From Candidatus Aminicenantales bacterium (GTDB taxonomy: Bacteria > Acidobacteriota > Aminicenantia > Aminicenantales > UBA4085), in the NCBI GenBank assembly GCA_049515535.1, contig JBEKTZ010000002.1, positions 91,787 to 147,466 on the forward strand: DNA of 55,680 nucleotides. Direction: 5' to 3'. A program made the translations under genes and the position numbers. Positions within the stretch are counted from its first letter, which is position 1. Each line of letters starts with the position of its first letter. Positions 50,643 through 55,680 of the stretch are shown one piece after another. Below the pieces are notes generated by a model. It did no database searches, was not told the origin of the DNA, and saw only the letters and a program-made list of their open reading frames with translations.

Positions 50643-50807
50643 CGGGAGCTTCGTTCCCTGCCACCCTTCCCTGGAGCATTTCGTGAACGCAATTTTACGG
50701 TCACAGCCTATTTATAAAATGGGGCGCCCCGGTCGGCGTCACCCGCGCTAAGCCATCCATGATCGCTTTAGCCATTCCGGAGAATCCCGTTTTGACAAGG
50801 AGGTAGC

Positions 50808-52289
50808 ATGTTAAGAAGAAGCTGCGTCGTGATTTCAATCGCTTTCTTTTTGGGAGTCCTCTGGGTTGGACACGCTCAACCCCAGGCCGCGGCTCCAGCG
50901 CAGATCCGACACATCTCGCCCGAGCTGCAGAAATATGTCGCGACGATGAACTATAAGGACATCCGGATCAAGACGTTCCCCGTCGCCTCGCAGGCCTGGA
51001 CCTTCCGCCGGTTCACGTTCTTCGACACGCTGGCCAAACTCAAGGACCTCGGGATCAAGTTCGTCCAAGCTTATCCCGGACAAGCGCTGGGCGAGGACAT
51101 GCCGGGCGCCAAGTTCGATCACAATATGACCGACGAGCAGATGGCCAAGGTCAAGGACAAACTCAAAGAAACGGGCATAGCGCTCGTCGCCTACGGCGTC
51201 GTCGGCGGCGGCGACTTCGGCAAGACCGAAGAGAGCATGCGCAAGGTCTTCAATTTCGCCCGTAAGATGGGCATCCGGACGATCGTCACCGAGCCCGCGG
51301 ATGACGATTTCATGCTGCTCGAAAAGCTGGTCAAGGAATACAATATCCGGATCGCGATCCACAACCATCCTCCCGGGACCAAATACAGCCTGCCCGAGAC
51401 CGTCTTCAATCATGTCGACGGCAAGGACGCCCGCATCGGCTCCTGTTTCGATAACGGGCATTTCATGCGCGGCATGAACGATCCGCGGGAAGCTCTCAAA
51501 CTCCTCGAAGGCCGCATTTTCGACGTTCATTTCAAGGATCGCAGCGACTTCGGGACGGCCAAGGGCGTAGACGATGTTCCCTGGGGACAGGGCAAAGGAA
51601 ACCTCCGCGATCTCCTGGCCGAGTTGACGCTCCAGGACTATGACGGCTACCTAACGATGGAATACGAGAACGAGGCGGAGGTCGGCGACCCGATGCCCGC
51701 CTTCCGCAAGAGCATGGAGTTCGTTAAGAGCGTCACCTACTTTGAAGGCTACGAGCGGATTTTCCGGAGAGAAAAACACGGCTGGAACCATTACGGGCCG
51801 GGTTATTTCGAGGTCGACCCGAAGACGGGGGTCCTGAAAGGCCAGGGCGGCATGGGCCTGCTCTGGTACAGCGTCAAGAAATACAAGGACTTCATCTTCG
51901 AGTGCGATTATAAATGCGCCGCGAAGGAAACGAACTCCGGGATCTTCCTCCGTGTCCCCGATGTTCCGACGAGCGACGATTACATTTATCACTCGTTCGA
52001 AATCCAGATTTACGACGCCGGCGAGGGCATCCACGTCACGGGCGCGGTTTATGACGTCCAGGCGCCGAAAATGAACGCGTTTCTGCCGCCCGGCGAATGG
52101 AACCACATCAAGATCGAATTCCGGGGAAAACATTTGAGGATCGAACTGAACGCCAAGCTCATCATGGATTGGGAGGCGAAGCCCGGCGGGAAAGTCAAGG
52201 ACTACGCCCTGGAGGGCTATATCGGACTCCAGAACCACGACAGCATCGCCCCGCCCTTCTTCCGGAATATTTACGTCAAAGAGCTTTGA
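50808..52289 (+). CDS. Secreted fusion of xylose-isomerase-like TIM barrel and DUF1080
   Basis: AIHNHP, CFDNGH, HFKD, TMEYE followed by NSGIFLR, EIQI, GEWN, GYIGLQNH..FRNIYVKEL. Confidence 0.88.
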   Translation: MLRRSCVVISIAFFLGVLWVGHAQPQAAAPAQIRHISPELQKYVATMNYKDIRIKTFPVASQAWTFRRFTFFDTLAKLKDLGIKFVQAYPGQALGEDMPGAKFDHNMTDEQMAKVKDKLKETGIALVAYGVVGGGDFGKTEESMRKVFNFARKMGIRTIVTEPADDDFMLLEKLVKEYNIRIAIHNHPPGTKYSLPETVFNHVDGKDARIGSCFDNGHFMRGMNDPREALKLLEGRIFDVHFKDRSDFGTAKGVDDVPWGQGKGNLRDLLAELTLQDYDGYLTMEYENEAEVGDPMPAFRKSMEFVKSVTYFEGYERIFRREKHGWNHYGPGYFEVDPKTGVLKGQGGMGLLWYSVKKYKDFIFECDYKCAAKETNSGIFLRVPDVPTSDDYIYHSFEIQIYDAGEGIHVTGAVYDVQAPKMNAFLPPGEWNHIKIEFRGKHLRIELNAKLIMDWEAKPGGKVKDYALEGYIGLQNHDSIAPPFFRNIYVKEL

Positions 52290-52295
52290 TCGGAC

Positions 52296-52343
52296 AATCC
52301 CCCCGATCTCCCGCCGCCAACGGGAGAGACGGGGGATTTTTTT
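52296..52343 (+). terminator. Intrinsic terminator
   Basis: AATCCCCC..TCTCCCG-loop-CGGGAGA..GGGGGATT followed by a T-run. Confidence 0.75.
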
Positions 52344-53754
52344 ATTTCAAAATGAGCTCTATGACCGGCACGGTGACCTTGGGCGGCTGAACCGGCAAAC
52401 GAAGAACCACGGCTTTTCCCGCGGTCTCCTTGTTCTCGCCGGGAAGGAAACCCATATATCCAAGGTCCGCCGGCCGGCCTTCATCCGTGAACCTGATCTC
52501 TGACGCATCATTCAACAATTGCGCGTATTTCACCTTTCCGGCGAGCCCGTCGAGCCGCAGCACGCCCATCGGCCACTCAAGCACATGAACATAAAGCCGC
52601 CCGGCCTGAGGATTGTAGGTCAGCAAACAGTTCGCGGGTTTCGGGAAGTTCTCGGGAGCTTCGGTGCAGCCGTAAATCGAACGGCCGTGAAACTTCATCC
52701 AATCGCCGATGCCGTTCAATCGCTCGACCGCGCGGTCGTCGAAGGCCCCGCGGGCCGTCGGCCCGACGTTCAGAAGCAGATTTCCGCCTTTGCTCACGGT
52801 CTCGATCAGCATGACGACGAGCTGCCGGACGCTTTTCCAGGTCGCCTCGTCGCGATAGTAGCCCCACGAACCCGAAAACGTCTGGCATGTTTCCCAGGGG
52901 ACTTTTTGGCCGTTCATCCTGACCCACTCGCGCGGCATGAACTGCTCGGGCGTCCGGTAATCCCAGCCGCCCGGCACATCGAGCAGGTCGAGCCGGTCGT
53001 TGATGATGATATTCGGCTGGAGCTCGCGGATCATTTTGAGCAGCTTCTCCGACTGCCAGTCGTCCTTCCCCTTCCCGTCCTTGCCGGGGAATGAAAAATC
53101 CAGAAAGAGGCAGTCGATCGGGCCGAATCCGGTCAACAGCTCTTTCACCTGTCCGTGAAGATAATCCGCGTATTTTTTCATGTCGCGGTTTTTGGCTTTC
53201 TCGCGGAACTCGGCATTGTTGGCCATCGGGTGATTGCGGTCGACCGTGTAATCGGGGTGGTGCCAGTCCAGGAGCGAATAATAGAACCCGACCTTGAGTC
53301 CCTCGGCGCGCATCGCCTCGACGAGCGGCTTGATCAGATCCTTCCCGTAGGGCGTCAGCGTGGCCTTGTAATCCGTGGATGGAGAGTCCCACAGGCAGAA
53401 ACCTTCATGGTGCTTTGTCGTGATGACGAAGTATTTCATGCCGGCGGCCTTGGCCATCCGGGCCCATTCTTTGGGGGCGTAAAGGTCGGGGTTGAAGTTG
53501 TCGAAATATTTCCGGTACGCCTCGTCGGGAATGTGCTCGTTGTTCTTGACCCATTCGTGGCGGGCGGCGAGGGCGTAAGTCCCCCAATGGATGAACATTC
53601 CGAAGCGCGCCTCGGTCCACCATTTCATCCGGGCCTCTTTCTGCGCAGCGGTCTCCTGGACGGCCGCCGCCGGGGCGACGAGGGTGAAAACCATCGCCAG
53701 AACCAGTCCGGCCGCGATCAGAAAAGGCATCCCCAAAACGTTTCTTCCGATCAT
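52342..53754 (-). CDS. GH29 alpha-L-fucosidase
   Basis: RFGMFIHWG, TTKHHEGFCLW, YYSLLDW, FLDFS, SWGY, GGNLLLNVGP; AAGGAG then ATG 53754. Confidence 0.93.
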   Translation of the reverse strand: MIGRNVLGMPFLIAAGLVLAMVFTLVAPAAAVQETAAQKEARMKWWTEARFGMFIHWGTYALAARHEWVKNNEHIPDEAYRKYFDNFNPDLYAPKEWARMAKAAGMKYFVITTKHHEGFCLWDSPSTDYKATLTPYGKDLIKPLVEAMRAEGLKVGFYYSLLDWHHPDYTVDRNHPMANNAEFREKAKNRDMKKYADYLHGQVKELLTGFGPIDCLFLDFSFPGKDGKGKDDWQSEKLLKMIRELQPNIIINDRLDLLDVPGGWDYRTPEQFMPREWVRMNGQKVPWETCQTFSGSWGYYRDEATWKSVRQLVVMLIETVSKGGNLLLNVGPTARGAFDDRAVERLNGIGDWMKFHGRSIYGCTEAPENFPKPANCLLTYNPQAGRLYVHVLEWPMGVLRLDGLAGKVKYAQLLNDASEIRFTDEGRPADLGYMGFLPGENKETAGKAVVLRLPVQPPKVTVPVIELILK

Positions 53755-54011
53755 GGAATTCTCCTTATAAAACCCGAATATCCATAGGACTTTTTTCCGG
53801 CAAGCCTTCATGAAGAACCTCGCGCCCCAAGGCGATTTTAGCATGCCGTTCCGCTCGCGTCAAAAAACGAAATCCGAGCCCTTGAAATTGTCGATATATC
53901 TTTACCTTGCACGTGCTTTCCGGGCGCACGGGCGGCGTGTTTTTTCGCCAAATAGTCCGAGCCCTTGACTATTCCGGAAAGCAAAAGATAAAATGGCGGG
54001 TGGAATTGAGT

Positions 54012-55325
54012 ATGACTCTTCAAATCATCGTCATCCTCGTCATTATGGTCGCCGCGTACGCCGCGGCGAAGGGCCTGAAATTATCGGTCGAGCTCAGCAT
54101 CTTCGCCTCCGCCGTCGCCGGCGGACTCGCCGGCGCATTCGTCAAAACGCCGCCCTTGACCGAGCTCCCCAGGCACTTGATCGAAGGCTGCTTTCCGTAT
54201 CTCGACGTCATGCTCGTCTTTTCCACGGCCACCATTTTCATGGCCATCGTCAGCGAATCCGGCGGCGTGAACTACGTCGTCCGCGGGACGATTCGGATGT
54301 TCTATAACGTGCGCCTGATCGCCCTGCTCGTCCTGATGATCATCGTCCTCATACCGGGCGCTCTGACTGGCGCCGGAAGCGTCTCTCTGCTCGTCGTCGG
54401 AACGCCCGTGGCCCTGGCCCTCGGGCATCTCGGCGTCTCTAAAAAGAAAGTCGCGGCCATGATGTTCATTCTGGCCGGGCTCAGCGCCGCCGCCCCTCCC
54501 GTCAACATCTGGGCCATGATCCTCTGCGCGGGGACGGCCATTCCTTACGTCGGATTCGAATTCACCCTCGGCATTCCGGTCCTCATCCTGGGGACCTTCA
54601 CGGTCCTATTCTTCGGCTGGAAGCGGGAGGGGAAGCTCGACAAGTCCGCCGCTCTCGCCAAATTGCCCGAAGTGCCGCGGGGCATGACCTGGTGGCGCGT
54701 CCTGCTGCCGTTCCTGGCGTTTTTCGCCGCGATCGTGGCTTACAGGCTCTGGCCTTTTTCAACGCCCATCTTCGGCCTGCCTCTCGAATTCAGCTTCGCC
54801 GCCATCATAGCTCTCGCCGTCAGCCCGAAAAGAATCCGGATTATGGAGTTATCCCGTGACACGATGAAGCGGCTGCTCCCGCTTCTGGCGACAATGATCG
54901 TCGTCGGCATGCTCCAGCAGATCATGACCGCGACCGGCGTCCGCGGCCTCGTGTCCTTCGCCGTCATGAGCATCCCGCTCGTTCTTCTCTATATCCTTCT
55001 CGCCGCGATCATCCCCTTCTCCGAGGGCGTCCTGACCTACGGCGCCGCGGCGATCCTCGGGATCCCGCTCATCTGGTTCTTCAATTCGATCGGTCTCCAC
55101 GCCACCGTCTGCATCGCCGGCTTGAGCCTCCTCTGGCCTCTGGGCGACGGCCTGCCGCCCACTGCCCTGATCGGACGGCTGAGCCTCATGGTTTCGGATT
55201 ATAAGGATTCCTACTGGTCGTTCCTGAAAACGACTTGGCTGCCGTGGCTCGTCATCACGGCCACCGGCATCCTGATGATCATCTTCAGCGCCAAATTGGC
55301 GTTCCTCGTGCGATGGAGCATGTGA
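54012..55325 (+). CDS. DctM-like/ion-transporter superfamily permease
   Basis: About 12 hydrophobic segments; PGALTGAG, AAAPPVNI, GDGLPPTA; possible in-frame GTG start at 54000. Confidence 0.7.
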   Translation: MTLQIIVILVIMVAAYAAAKGLKLSVELSIFASAVAGGLAGAFVKTPPLTELPRHLIEGCFPYLDVMLVFSTATIFMAIVSESGGVNYVVRGTIRMFYNVRLIALLVLMIIVLIPGALTGAGSVSLLVVGTPVALALGHLGVSKKKVAAMMFILAGLSAAAPPVNIWAMILCAGTAIPYVGFEFTLGIPVLILGTFTVLFFGWKREGKLDKSAALAKLPEVPRGMTWWRVLLPFLAFFAAIVAYRLWPFSTPIFGLPLEFSFAAIIALAVSPKRIRIMELSRDTMKRLLPLLATMIVVGMLQQIMTATGVRGLVSFAVMSIPLVLLYILLAAIIPFSEGVLTYGAAAILGIPLIWFFNSIGLHATVCIAGLSLLWPLGDGLPPTALIGRLSLMVSDYKDSYWSFLKTTWLPWLVITATGILMIIFSAKLAFLVRWSM

Positions 55326-55327
55326 CC

Positions 55328-55483
55328 ATGAACGTCATCATGATCGTTTATTACGTGATCAGCGCCTTTCTCGTCGTTATGCTCGCCTGGAACTTCGTCC
55401 GCGAGAAAAAGAGCGTCAACGACATGATCCTCTATCTGCTGGTGATCATTCCGCTTGTGCTCAGGATTTTGAGGGTCAAATGA
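55328..55483 (+). CDS. 51-aa two-TM membrane protein
   Basis: MNVIMIVYY...LRILRVK; starts 2 nt after the permease stop; ATGA overlap with the next gene. Confidence 0.7.
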   Translation: MNVIMIVYYVISAFLVVMLAWNFVREKKSVNDMILYLLVIIPLVLRILRVK

Positions 55484-55680
55484 CGACACGCCCGTTCCGC
55501 GAATGGACAGTCAAGGCGGCCCTGGTGGCGATCGCCGCGCTGTTCATGGTCTTCGGCGGCGCCCCCCTTTATGAACACCGGCATTATCAGGTTCCCGTCG
55601 TCGCCGGTCCCGGCGTGACGAAAGTCATCAAGCTCAGCGAATTCATGCCGGGGCTCAAGGGGAAGATGGCCGATACGGAC
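55480..55680 (+). CDS. N-terminal part of a membrane-anchored protein, possibly succinylglutamate desuccinylase/aspartoacylase family (truncated)
   Basis: MTTRPF...TM...GPGVTKVIKLSEFMPGLKGKMADTD; catalytic motifs would lie outside the window. Confidence 0.5.
   Translation, partial: MTTRPFREWTVKAALVAIAALFMVFGGAPLYEHRHYQVPVVAGPGVTKVIKLSEFMPGLKGKMADTD

Overview
GC-rich bacterial chromosomal segment, densely coding, from an anaerobic diderm peptide/glycan degrader. The gene content (zinc-ribbon Hanks kinase, tricorn, M14 peptidases, many CAZymes, Dfx/rubrerythrin) suggests Ca. Aminicenantes/Acidobacteriota; this is inference only. Left end: a decayed tyrosine-integrase fragment, nadE and an ABC-permease tail lie downstream of tRNA-Arg(TCG), resembling an island scar. 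Next come an alpha-oxoamine synthase that looks like cysteate acyltransferase SulA/CapB with a coupled SDR (candidate sulfonolipid pathway outside Bacteroidota), tandem M14 carboxypeptidases, and a NarL-type two-component system-amtB-porin locus. That locus is bracketed by a duplicated leaderless promoter whose second copy creates a 15-aa coupling uORF. Then follow an SSS-GH94-GH130-UroD-like operon, dfx-rbr, two Gfo/Idh/MocA + TIM-barrel + DUF1080 (3-keto-glycoside) loci (one with a glucuronokinase-like kinase, one with a TIM-DUF1080 fusion), a kinase, proteases, GH127, GH3, GH29, a zincin-propeller-Omp85 protein and a DctM-like transporter operon running off the right end. No rRNA, CRISPR array or intact mobile element seen. 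All family calls come from motif recognition by eye, not database searches.
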